A stretch of 44,396 bases of DNA, taken from contig MGIQ01000023.1 in assembly GCA_001793825.1 (NCBI GenBank), forward strand, positions 3,450 to 47,845, given 5' to 3'. The DNA comes from Candidatus Wolfebacteria bacterium RIFCSPLOWO2_01_FULL_38_11 (GTDB lineage: Bacteria > Patescibacteriota > Minisyncoccia > UBA6257 > UBA9933). Below the pieces are notes generated by a model. That model was not told where the DNA came from, searched no databases, and was given only the letters and a program-made list of their open reading frames with translations. The translations under genes were made by a program, and so were the position numbers. Each line of letters opens with the position of its first letter. The stretch's first letter is position 1. Below, piece after piece: positions 1 to 8,348 of the stretch.

Positions 1-278
1 TGGTAATCAGTTGGCAAATGATATTTTTCCACGTGCTCTTTTTCCGTGGCCGCTGGCGAAAGTCCAACCACAATTCCGCCGGCTGATTTTGCCCCTTTGG
101 CCGCCCAATAGGGAAATCCCGTTGTCGCGCCGTCAACCAGCACCGCGTCGTGTTTTACAATTTCCCTGCCTAATTCTTCCGCCACCGAAAAAGTGTCCGG
201 CCCGCAATGTCCGGTCTCAGCCGCTCCGGAAACGCAAATTTTATATTTATAAGTTGAATGGCAAATATTTTTTTCCAT
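1..278 (-). CDS. TIGR00725/LOG-like Rossmann-fold protein (N-terminal part; gene runs off the window start)
   Basis: Not in the ORF track because it has no stop in the window. The reverse complement from ATG at 278-276 reads MEKNICHSTYKYKICVSGAAETGHCGPDTFSVAEELGREIVKHDAVLVDGATTGFPYWAAKGAKSAGGIVVGLSP. This shows the GAAxxG...DGATTG...GGxVVG pattern I associate with the LOG/TIGR00725 family. The listed + ORF 11..280 is its antisense shadow. Confidence 0.6.
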   Translation of the reverse strand, partial: MEKNICHSTYKYKICVSGAAETGHCGPDTFSVAEELGREIVKHDAVLVDGATTGFPYWAAKGAKSAGGIVVGLSPAATEKEHVEKYHLPTDY

Positions 279-287
279 AATAAATCA

Positions 288-367
288 TCGAATAACGAAT
301 AAATTGCGAATTCACGAATAAACGAATTCGCAAATTCGTATATTCGTACAAATTCGCTATTCGTTGA
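288..367. repeat. AT-rich TTCGTA/TACGAA-type palindromic element, copy A
   Basis: Built from 7-8 nt periodic units (cgaataa / attcgta). Positions 333-367 are the reverse complement of 1731-1765 with 1 mismatch in 35. The reverse complement of 289-330 closely matches 1770-1811. It abuts the stop codon of the RNase gene at 368. Confidence 0.85.
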
Positions 368-1717
368 TTATAGCTCAAAACTATCTCCCCTTAAAGGAAC
401 TTCGGCTTCAACCGCCAATTCATCTATAATTTTTTGCGCCAAAGGAATTGACTGGTCTTCTTCTCCTTGGACTACAAAAACTTTTTTTAAGTTTCTTCTG
501 GCCGGCCTCAGCCAATCAACCAGTTTTTTCTGGTCGGCATGCGCTGAATATCCGCTGATATTTTTTATTTTGCAATTTACTTCCACTTCTTGCCCTAAAA
601 TTTTCACTTTTTTTGCGCCGTTAAGAATCTGCCGACCCAAAGAGCCGTTTGCCTGATAGCCGATAAATAAAATCGCGCTTTTTTTATCGGGCAAATATCG
701 GACTTCGTGATGCAGGATTCTGCCGCCTTGCGACATGCCTGATCCGGCAATAATAATTTTCGGCGCCGCCACATCGTTGATTTCTTTTGATTGCTCGGTT
801 GTCAGGGTAAATTTTAATCCCGGAAAATCAAAAATTGCGTCGCCTCCTTTCATTAAATCCAATGATTCTTTGTCGTAATAATCCGGATTTTGAGAATATT
901 TTTTATAAACTGCCGTGAGTTTTATCGCCAAAGGGCTGTCAATAAAAATCGGCGCTTTGGGAATCCGGCCGTTTTCCGCCAATTCATTTAATTCATATAA
1001 AAGTTCTTGCGTCCTTTCCATGGCAAAAGCCGGTATTAAAAGCACGCCTCGGGCTTTAATGGTTTCTTCCGCAATGTTTTCCAATAAATCTTTTCTAATT
1101 TCCAAATCTTCGTGGATTCTATTTCCGTAGGTTGACTCAATTACCGCGTAATCGGCCTCTGGAATTATTTCCGTGTCTTTGACAATCGGCGTTGCCACAT
1201 TGCCCAAATCTCCAGAAAAAACAATGCTTTTGCCATCCTCGCCGGAAACCTTAATGAAACTCGATCCTAAAATATGGCCGGCATCAAAAAATTCAATTTC
1301 AAATTCCTTAATCTTAAATTTTTCGCGATATCTTACCCCATCCCAAAGCTCCATTGTTTTGTCTATATCTTCCAGAGAATAAAGCTCTTGAGAATTATTT
1401 TCTTTATTGAGAATATGTTCGGAGTCGATTAAAAGATGTTCGCTAAATTCTTTAGTCGGCCGAGTGGAAAAAATTTTTCCCCCAAATCCGGCTTTATAAA
1501 GAAGAGGCAAGCGGCCGGTATGGTCAATGTGGGAATGAGTAATCAAAACTGCGTCAATTTCTTTTGGATTATAAGGGAACGGTTCAAAATTCCGCTTATC
1601 GCAAAAACTGCCGCCCTGGCAAAGCCCGCAGTCAATTAAAATTTTCGTTTTTCTTCCCTCTAATAAGTAATTGGCGCCGGTCACCATCCGCGCCGCGCCA
1701 TAAAAAGTAAGTTTCAT
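368..1717 (-). CDS. MBL-fold beta-CASP ribonuclease (CPSF73/RNase J-like RNA-metabolising metallo-beta-lactamase)
   Basis: 449 aa. It has the HSHIDH (HxHxDH) metallo-beta-lactamase motif near the N-terminus and beta-CASP-like central and C-terminal regions (SGYSAHAD). Confidence 0.85.
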   Translation of the reverse strand: MKLTFYGAARMVTGANYLLEGRKTKILIDCGLCQGGSFCDKRNFEPFPYNPKEIDAVLITHSHIDHTGRLPLLYKAGFGGKIFSTRPTKEFSEHLLIDSEHILNKENNSQELYSLEDIDKTMELWDGVRYREKFKIKEFEIEFFDAGHILGSSFIKVSGEDGKSIVFSGDLGNVATPIVKDTEIIPEADYAVIESTYGNRIHEDLEIRKDLLENIAEETIKARGVLLIPAFAMERTQELLYELNELAENGRIPKAPIFIDSPLAIKLTAVYKKYSQNPDYYDKESLDLMKGGDAIFDFPGLKFTLTTEQSKEINDVAAPKIIIAGSGMSQGGRILHHEVRYLPDKKSAILFIGYQANGSLGRQILNGAKKVKILGQEVEVNCKIKNISGYSAHADQKKLVDWLRPARRNLKKVFVVQGEEDQSIPLAQKIIDELAVEAEVPLRGDSFEL

Positions 1718-1730
1718 ACGCTATGCTTTA

Positions 1731-1815
1731 TCAACGAATAACGAATTTGTACGAATATACGAATTAGTAAATTCGTTTATTCGTACAAATTCGTAATTTA
1801 TTCGTTATTCGCTGA
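1731..1815. repeat. AT-rich TTCGTA-type palindromic element, copy B (long hairpin)
   Basis: 1742-1765 pairs with 1770-1793 as a 24-bp stem with 1 mismatch and loop AGTA. It is the inverted copy of element A. Its right arm overlaps the last codons and stop of tsaE (stop at 1805-1807). Confidence 0.85.
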
Positions 1816-2260
1816 TTTTAATAATTCTCTCGCTTTCTTTTCTCCCGTACTTAAATTTTATCCAAATAGCGCTTTTTGGCAAATATTTTTTAATAATTCC
1901 CGGCCACTCAATTAAAACAATATTTTTAGAATTGCTTAAAATCTTTTCTAACCCCAAATTAAATAATTCTTTTGCATTTTTAATCCTATAACAATCAATA
2001 TGATGAATTAGTTTATAAGTTTTTAAGTTTGTAAGTTTGTAAGTTTTAATTAATACAAAAGTCGGGCTGGTAATTTTTTTCTTTATTCCCGCGCCTCTTA
2101 GAAATCCTTGGACAAAAGTTGTTTTGCCAGAACCCAAATTTCCGCTTAAAGCAATAATTAAAGCGCTTTTTTTAGAAAATTTGCTTTTAATAATTTCTTT
2201 TGCAAAAAGAAAAGCAAGCCGCTTGGCTTGTTCGTTTGACGTTGTTTTATGGGTAAACAT
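1805..2260 (-). CDS. tsaE: tRNA t6A37 threonylcarbamoyladenosine biosynthesis ATPase TsaE
   Basis: 151 aa. It has the P-loop GNLGSGKTTF, SPTF and HIDCYR motifs typical of TsaE/YjeE. Confidence 0.85.
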   Translation of the reverse strand: MFTHKTTSNEQAKRLAFLFAKEIIKSKFSKKSALIIALSGNLGSGKTTFVQGFLRGAGIKKKITSPTFVLIKTYKLTNLKTYKLIHHIDCYRIKNAKELFNLGLEKILSNSKNIVLIEWPGIIKKYLPKSAIWIKFKYGRKESERIIKISE

Positions 2261-2400
2261 CGGTAATCATTTTTTCTGGTATGCTGTTTTTAAAATTGTT
2301 TACCAATTTGCGCAAATAACCATAGACAGTATTCAGCGGACGACAGCGAAGGAAAATATAAGAAGTGTCAGGGGGGGGTGATCGTTGCAGTTAGTTGCTT

Positions 2401-3873
2401 TTAAAAACAAGTGGCTGTGCAAGGACCCCAATTACCATTAGTTTTATATAGCTGCCAAGTTGAATAATTTATTCCGCAATCGCCGCCACTGTCGGTTGAA
2501 ACATAACTAAGCCAACAAAGAGAGGTGTTGCTTGGCAATGAAACAGATGCCGGACCGCCTGGGCCAATAGTAACAGACTGGAAAGACGGACTAAATTTAA
2601 TATTTCCCGCCACATCTAATTTTGTTCCCGGATTCGTTGTCCCAATGCCAACATTGCCACTGGCATCCAAGCGTATTCCGCTGGTATCAGAACGCCAAGG
2701 GGCGATTACAAAACCAGCTCCGGGATTGTCTCTGGTTTGACCCATCCAAATTATGCCATTGTCATTGGCTTGAGTTATGTTGTTAAAAGCGCCTGATTCT
2801 AAATTAACCAATAATCCCGTAGAGCGACTGCTGTTGCCATAAACTCCGATGCCGTCATTGACGCCGGCAGTTGACACGGAAAATTTGACCAAAGGGTCCG
2901 TTGTCCCAATGCCGAAATTGGTGAAATTACCTCCAAAATTGGCTTTGCCGTCATTTTGAATATTCAAATCAATATAATCTCCTTCGTCATTGCTCCGGCC
3001 TCGGAAGGCCGTATTATATGATCCGGTTGTAGGGGCTTTGGATTCCAATCTGGCGGTTGGCGTTGTGGTGCCAATACCGACATTGCCGTTGTTGTCAATA
3101 ACCATTCTTTCAATTTGGTTGGTTGTAAAGTTGATTAAATCTGCTCCTCGGCTGAAGATGCCGGTATTAGGACTGTTGGTGAAAGTATAGCTGGGATTTT
3201 GATTGGAGCCGTCGTTCATCAAGATCTTTCTCCAGCCTGTGCCGCTGAAACTGCCGATATCGTATTGATTGCCTATTCCCGGCAATAAATCTGAATCAAA
3301 GGTGGCGGCTGAGACTCGGGCAACGGCGAATTTCAAAGCTCTTTGAGTGACTGATTGGGGATTTGTTGAGCTGGTTGTCAGTTGAATGTCAACTGATACC
3401 ACGTCATGCCCCGGATATTGGGAATATTTAGTGAATTCCAGATTATCAGCAACAACTTTACTATTTGTTAAATCGCTTACTCTGGGCGTTGAAGTTCCTT
3501 CCGACATCTTAATTGCTCCTGTTGCGCTGTCTTTCCAGATGACAATCGGGTCTCGGTCATTGGGAAGATCTAAGCCGGAATCTTCCATCCTTAAAACCAA
3601 TCTTGATTGAGGCGTGCCTTGCATCGCGTCATTGCTTACATCGCCTTCTGTTGAATTGGCTATTATTGCCGAAGAATCCCTTACTAATCTGGAAATTGTC
3701 TGATGAATAAAATTAAGCTGCGCCGTTGCTTCGGCGGAAGCTGTTTCCCTTTGGTTAACTCTTAAAATTGATGTTATGATTCCCACCATTAATCCGGAAA
3801 CAACGGAGAAAATGGAAATATAAATCAATAATTCTACTAAAGTAAAAGCTTTTGGGGATTTGGAGTCGCTCAT
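2401..3873 (-). CDS. Large type IV pilin-like protein (prepilin-type N-terminal methylation/cleavage helix plus ~450-aa C-terminal domain)
   Basis: The N-terminus SPKAFTLVELLIYISIFSVVSG is a class III signal and hydrophobic pilin helix. The C-terminal part has three (G)NVGIGTTxP..KL repeats and a Cys-rich end (CWLS..GGDCG..GPCTATCF). Confidence 0.75.
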   Translation of the reverse strand: MSDSKSPKAFTLVELLIYISIFSVVSGLMVGIITSILRVNQRETASAEATAQLNFIHQTISRLVRDSSAIIANSTEGDVSNDAMQGTPQSRLVLRMEDSGLDLPNDRDPIVIWKDSATGAIKMSEGTSTPRVSDLTNSKVVADNLEFTKYSQYPGHDVVSVDIQLTTSSTNPQSVTQRALKFAVARVSAATFDSDLLPGIGNQYDIGSFSGTGWRKILMNDGSNQNPSYTFTNSPNTGIFSRGADLINFTTNQIERMVIDNNGNVGIGTTTPTARLESKAPTTGSYNTAFRGRSNDEGDYIDLNIQNDGKANFGGNFTNFGIGTTDPLVKFSVSTAGVNDGIGVYGNSSRSTGLLVNLESGAFNNITQANDNGIIWMGQTRDNPGAGFVIAPWRSDTSGIRLDASGNVGIGTTNPGTKLDVAGNIKFSPSFQSVTIGPGGPASVSLPSNTSLCWLSYVSTDSGGDCGINYSTWQLYKTNGNWGPCTATCF

Positions 3874-3880
3874 ATATAAA

Positions 3881-4897
3881 TTATATAAAACTTTTGATTA
3901 AAAGCCACCTCCTTGCTTCTTCTGTTGCCACTCTGCCGGAAGAAGTCCTGTGTAAAAATCCGATTTTAATCAAATACGGCTCGTAAACTTCTTCAATTAC
4001 CCCTTTTTCTTCTCCCAAAGCCGCTGACAAGGCATTAATCCCCGCTGGCCGGCCGTTAAATTTCTTAATCATTGTTTCTAAAAGCTTCCGGTCATGCGCT
4101 TCCAGCCCCATTTCATCGATTTCCAGCATCTCAAAAGTTTCTAAAACCGTTTCTTTTTTGATTATTTTTTCGTCTTTCATTTGAGCAACGTCTCTTGCTC
4201 TCTTCAGCAAACGATTGGCTGTTCTTGGAGTAAAACGCGCTGCTCGACCGATTAAAACCACTGCTTCCGGCTCAATTTTAATTTTTAAAATTTCCGCTGA
4301 TCGCCCGATAATTTCCTCAATTTCAGCTTTTTCGTAATAATCAAACCTAAAAATCGCTCCAAAGCGCGAACGCAAAGGGGATGATATTAAATTTACTCTT
4401 GTTGTCGCCGCTACCAAAGTAAAAGGCGGCAAATCCAGAAAAATTTGCCTTGCCGAAGGTCCTTTGCCAACCATTAATCCTATTTTCCCGTTATCCAAAG
4501 CCGAATAAAGCAATTCTTCAATCGGTCGGCTGATTCTATGCGCTTCGTCAATAAAAAAAACTTCTCCTTCTTCTAAATTTGAAAGAATAGCCGCTAAATC
4601 TCCAATTCTTGATAAAGTCGGAGCGGAAACAATTCTTAAATTCGCTTTCATTTCTTTGGCCACCAAAGATGCCAAAGTTGTTTTCCCCAATCCCGGTTGG
4701 CCGTAAAACAATAAATGATCGCTTGATTCGTTTCTTTTTTTAGCCGCTCCCAGCATAACCTTCAATCCTTTTTTTATTTTTTTCTGCCCAATATAATCAT
4801 CCCATGTTTCCGGCCTTAAAACCGAGTCGACAAACTCGTCTAATTGCCCTCCTTCCCCCGAATTTTTCTTAAATTCCTTAGTATTGACTTTTTTCAT
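3881..4897 (-). CDS. ruvB: Holliday junction branch migration helicase RuvB
   Basis: 338 aa. It has Walker A GQPGLGKTT, Walker B FIDEAH, and an N-terminal LRPxxxxxYIGQ motif. Confidence 0.95.
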   Translation of the reverse strand: MKKVNTKEFKKNSGEGGQLDEFVDSVLRPETWDDYIGQKKIKKGLKVMLGAAKKRNESSDHLLFYGQPGLGKTTLASLVAKEMKANLRIVSAPTLSRIGDLAAILSNLEEGEVFFIDEAHRISRPIEELLYSALDNGKIGLMVGKGPSARQIFLDLPPFTLVAATTRVNLISSPLRSRFGAIFRFDYYEKAEIEEIIGRSAEILKIKIEPEAVVLIGRAARFTPRTANRLLKRARDVAQMKDEKIIKKETVLETFEMLEIDEMGLEAHDRKLLETMIKKFNGRPAGINALSAALGEEKGVIEEVYEPYLIKIGFLHRTSSGRVATEEARRWLLIKSFI

Positions 4898-4933
4898 AAA
4901 TTATGCTAATGTATAATTTATTCGATTAATTGG

Positions 4934-5080
4934 GCCGTCTGGCCCTGTGGGCAAAAATGGAATTGTTTTTAGTTATCGGATGAGCTGGTTTCGGCTGGCT
5001 CTCTCCTCGAAACAATTCTTAATCTCTTTGACTTTCAAAGTTATCTGTGCCCACAGAGCTAGGCGGCTTTTTTATTTTTT
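4934..5080 (+). ncRNA. Candidate structured small RNA (family unknown) ending in a T-tract
   Basis: Sits in a 187-nt spacer between two minus-strand genes. 4934-4952 pairs with 5049-5067 over 19 positions (16 Watson-Crick, 2 G-U, 1 mismatch). An inner helix pairs 4960-4968 with 5010-5018 (9 bp). A side hairpin pairs 5026-5031 with 5035-5040. The run TTTTTTATTTTTT lies at 5068-5080. The G-U pairs favour the + strand. Confidence 0.35.
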
Positions 5081-5084
5081 AAAT

Positions 5085-6809
5085 TTAAAATTGCATTCTT
5101 CCTGTCACTTCTTCCACTTCTTCAAAAGTTGTCATTCCGGAAATAATTTTTAATATTCCGTCTTGCTGCATTGTCGCCATACCTTGTTCTAAGGCAAATT
5201 TTTTTATCGCCGATTCCGGAGCGGATGAAAAAATCAGCTCATCCAATTCTTTATGCGAAGAAAGAGCAATATGGTTTGGATCAATTAAAAGTTTTTCGTA
5301 TTCCGGGTCGTTTAAAATCAATTCATAAATTCCGATTCTTCCCTTATATCCAGAATTATTGCATTTGTCGCATCCGCCCTTTGACGCGGAAAAAATTTTT
5401 ATTTCTTTGAATTTTTCTTTATTAACTCTTTTCGGCAATTGCTTTAAAAATTTTTCTATTTTTATTTTTAATTCATTGTCTGTTTCTTTGATTGTTTTGC
5501 AATTATCGCAGAGTTTTCTTACTAATCTTTGCGCGATTATTAAATTTAAAGCCGACCCGATGCTGGAAGATTTTACTCCTAAATCAACCAAGCGGGGGAT
5601 GGCTCCTGCCGCTGAATTGGCATGGATTGTGGAAAACACTAAATGTCCTGTTAAAGCCGCCTGAATTCCGATTTCTCCGGTTTCTTTATCTCTTATTTCT
5701 CCCACCAAAATCACGTCTGGATCCTGCCTCATTAAAGATTTTAATCCATCGGAAAAATTATAACCCGCCTCTTCGTCAACTTGCGTTTGCTCAATGCCTT
5801 CCAGATGATATTCAATCGGATCTTCAATGGTAATAATTTTTATTTTCGGAGTTTTTTTATGTTTTAAAAAAGCGTAAAGCGTTGTTGTTTTCCCCGAACC
5901 GGTTGGTCCGGTATTTAAAATCAGTCCGTTCGGCCTTTTCAATTCTGTTTTAATAATTTCCAAATCGTCTTCTCTTATTCCCAGCTCGCCCAAAGAAATA
6001 TTAATTGCCTCCGGATCGAGCAATCTCATCACCACCACTTCTCCGAATTCCGAAGGCGCGATTGCCACTCTTACTTCAACTTCCTTGTTTTCTAAATTAA
6101 TTGTAAATCTTCCGTCTTGCGGTTCGTCATAAATATTAATTTTTAAATTGGAAAGAAGTTTTATTTTTGAAAGCAATCGGAAGTAAAAACTTTTTTCTTG
6201 ATTTTCAAAAACATCGTGCAAAATTCCGTCAATCCTCAATCTTATTTTTATTTTTTTATCTATTGGTTCAAAATGAATATCTGAAGCCCGATTTGCCATT
6301 GCTCCCAATAAAATTAATTCCAAAATCATTGCCGCGTCAACCGTTGCCAAATTCATCAGCCCCAGCGCTTGATTTAGACCATCAAGCGAATTTATATTTT
6401 TTTTCAAATCGTTAATTTGACCGACGCTTATCTTTCCACTGATTTTTCCGGGCTCTTTGGAAACGAATTTATAAAAATCAAAAATATAATTCAATCCGGG
6501 CAAAGAAACAACAAAAATTGTCACTTGATATCCCTTTACTTCTAATTCTTCTTTTAATTTTTTTATTTCCTTGGATCCTGGATCATAAACCGCCACTGCC
6601 AACTTGTTTTCTTTAAGCTCAACAGCCGCCGCTTTTATTTTTTTTGCTCTTTCTTCCGCAATTATGGCTAGGGCTTCTGTGTTTATCGGCGTGGTAAAAA
6701 CATTAAGATAAGAAAGTTTGCTTTTTTCCGCCGCTCTTTTGGCATCACGCTCTTCCGCTTCGCGCTTCATTTGCTTTAACTTGTTTTTAATCTCCGCTAT
6801 TGGCTTCAT
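5085..6809 (-). CDS. pilB: Type IV pilus assembly ATPase (GspE/PilB family)
   Basis: 574 aa. It has Walker A GPTGSGKTTT, the Asp box and His box region (MRQDPDVILVGEIRD) and a C-terminal CxxC...CxxC tetracysteine motif. Confidence 0.9.
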   Translation of the reverse strand: MKPIAEIKNKLKQMKREAEERDAKRAAEKSKLSYLNVFTTPINTEALAIIAEERAKKIKAAAVELKENKLAVAVYDPGSKEIKKLKEELEVKGYQVTIFVVSLPGLNYIFDFYKFVSKEPGKISGKISVGQINDLKKNINSLDGLNQALGLMNLATVDAAMILELILLGAMANRASDIHFEPIDKKIKIRLRIDGILHDVFENQEKSFYFRLLSKIKLLSNLKINIYDEPQDGRFTINLENKEVEVRVAIAPSEFGEVVVMRLLDPEAINISLGELGIREDDLEIIKTELKRPNGLILNTGPTGSGKTTTLYAFLKHKKTPKIKIITIEDPIEYHLEGIEQTQVDEEAGYNFSDGLKSLMRQDPDVILVGEIRDKETGEIGIQAALTGHLVFSTIHANSAAGAIPRLVDLGVKSSSIGSALNLIIAQRLVRKLCDNCKTIKETDNELKIKIEKFLKQLPKRVNKEKFKEIKIFSASKGGCDKCNNSGYKGRIGIYELILNDPEYEKLLIDPNHIALSSHKELDELIFSSAPESAIKKFALEQGMATMQQDGILKIISGMTTFEEVEEVTGRMQF

Positions 6810-6880
6810 AATATATTTAATTATAATAGATTGGTGGGTTTCTGCAATAAAATTTCCTTGTTTTAATTGGCTGAAAAAAG

Positions 6881-6889
6881 TTTTCCACA
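6881..6889 (+). promoter_or_regulatory. DnaA box (TTTTCCACA, 8/9 match to TTATCCACA) upstream of dnaA
   Basis: Direct read of the sequence in the 168-nt pilB-dnaA spacer. Confidence 0.5.
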
Positions 6890-6919
6890 GCTAATCCCCA
6901 AATTTAAATTTTTTAGTGT

Positions 6920-6947
6920 TTGACTGGTTTTTCTCTGCCCTTATACT
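6920..6947 (+). promoter_or_regulatory. Putative dnaA promoter (TTGACT, 16-nt spacer, TATACT)
   Basis: The -35 is at 6920-6925 and the -10 at 6942-6947, about 30 nt upstream of the dnaA ATG. Confidence 0.45.
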
Positions 6948-6977
6948 TATGATTAATTAATAAAATTTTATTAAGTT

Positions 6978-8348
6978 ATGTTATTTACTCCCGAACAACT
7001 TTGGCAAAGCGCTTTATCTGAAATTGAACTTCAAATTTCCCGGCCTAATTTCCTTACTTGGCTTAAAAACAGCCGATTAATCGAGAAAAAAGACACTGGA
7101 GAGATTCTTATTGGCCTTTCTAACAACTTCGCCAAGGAATGGGTGGAAAACAAATACCACAAATTAATCTTTGAAATTATTAAAAACCTCGATGACTCCA
7201 TTAAAAAAATAGAATATTCAGTTATTGGCGCCGCAAACCCGTCTTTTGAAAAAATTTCTCTTGAATCTATTGATATTAATATTGGACAACTGACATTTCC
7301 GGAGTTTAAGGTTGACCCTGAATCCGGCCTCCACCCCAAATACACGCTCGACTCTTTTATTGTCGGTTCTTCCAATGAATTGGCTTATGCCGCCAGCCTC
7401 GCTATTATTAAAAATGTCGGTAAAAAATATAATCCCTTTTTCATCTATGGCGGCACTGGTTTGGGTAAAACCCACCTAATTCAAGCCATTGGCAATGAAA
7501 TTAAAAAGGTTTACAAAAATAAAATTCAGATTAAATATGTTACTTGTGAAAAATTTGTCAACGATGTTGTCAACGCCATCAGAAATAAAAGGATGGAGGA
7601 TATTAAAAACAAATACCGCAATATTGATGTTTTAATTATTGACGATATCCAATTTATAGGCGGCAAAGAAAGAAGCGAAGAGGAATTTTTTCATACTTTC
7701 AATGTTTTGCATGAAAACAACAAGCAAATAATAATTTCTTCTGATAGGCCGCCAGCCGCTATCCCAACTCTTCATGAAAGATTACGTTCAAGATTTGAAG
7801 GAGGAATGGCCGCTGATATCACTTATCCGGATTTTGAAATGAGGATGGCGATTATTAAAACCAAACTTTCCCAAATGCAAAAAAATCTTCCCGACCAGTC
7901 AATTCAAACAATCGCCTCGAAGGTTCAAAGAAATATCAGGGAAATAGAAGGTATTTTAAATAAAATTTTATTCTACCAAGAAACAAAGGGTGTTGACCTC
8001 CAATCAAAAATTATTGAAGAGATAATTTCTAACACTATTCATCGGGTTGATAAAAAGGTTACCCCCAACCAAGTAATTAAAGCGATTGCTAATTTTTTTG
8101 AAGTTCTCCCCGAAGATATTTCCAACCACTCTCGAAGAAAAAAGGTGATGGAACCGCGCCAAATAACAATGTTTTTGCTTCGGGAAATGTTGGGGATGTC
8201 TTATCCGGATATTGGGGATAAAATCGGGAAAAGAGATCACACCACCGCTATCCATGCTTATGAAAAAATAGCTAATGAAATCAATAAAAATCAATCTTTA
8301 AACCAAAAAATTCTTTTAATTAAAGATATAATTTATGAAAGTTGTTGA
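6978..8348 (+). CDS. dnaA: Chromosomal replication initiator DnaA
   Basis: 456 aa. It has the AAA+ Walker A GGTGLGKTHL, Walker B LIIDDIQF and a C-terminal DNA-binding helix region (DHTTAIHAYEKI). Confidence 0.97.
   Translation: MLFTPEQLWQSALSEIELQISRPNFLTWLKNSRLIEKKDTGEILIGLSNNFAKEWVENKYHKLIFEIIKNLDDSIKKIEYSVIGAANPSFEKISLESIDINIGQLTFPEFKVDPESGLHPKYTLDSFIVGSSNELAYAASLAIIKNVGKKYNPFFIYGGTGLGKTHLIQAIGNEIKKVYKNKIQIKYVTCEKFVNDVVNAIRNKRMEDIKNKYRNIDVLIIDDIQFIGGKERSEEEFFHTFNVLHENNKQIIISSDRPPAAIPTLHERLRSRFEGGMAADITYPDFEMRMAIIKTKLSQMQKNLPDQSIQTIASKVQRNIREIEGILNKILFYQETKGVDLQSKIIEEIISNTIHRVDKKVTPNQVIKAIANFFEVLPEDISNHSRRKKVMEPRQITMFLLREMLGMSYPDIGDKIGKRDHTTAIHAYEKIANEINKNQSLNQKILLIKDIIYESC

Noticed and set aside
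11-280. Listed + strand ORF of 89 aa (MANDIFPRALFP...)
   Set aside because: It is Pro/Arg-rich low-complexity sequence. It lies exactly antisense to a much more convincing minus-strand LOG/TIGR00725-like reading frame that starts at 278, so I treat it as a shadow ORF.
2401-3873. Diversity-generating retroelement target in the pilin-like C-terminal domain
   Set aside because: There is no reverse transcriptase gene and no template-repeat copy of the C-terminal region anywhere in the window.
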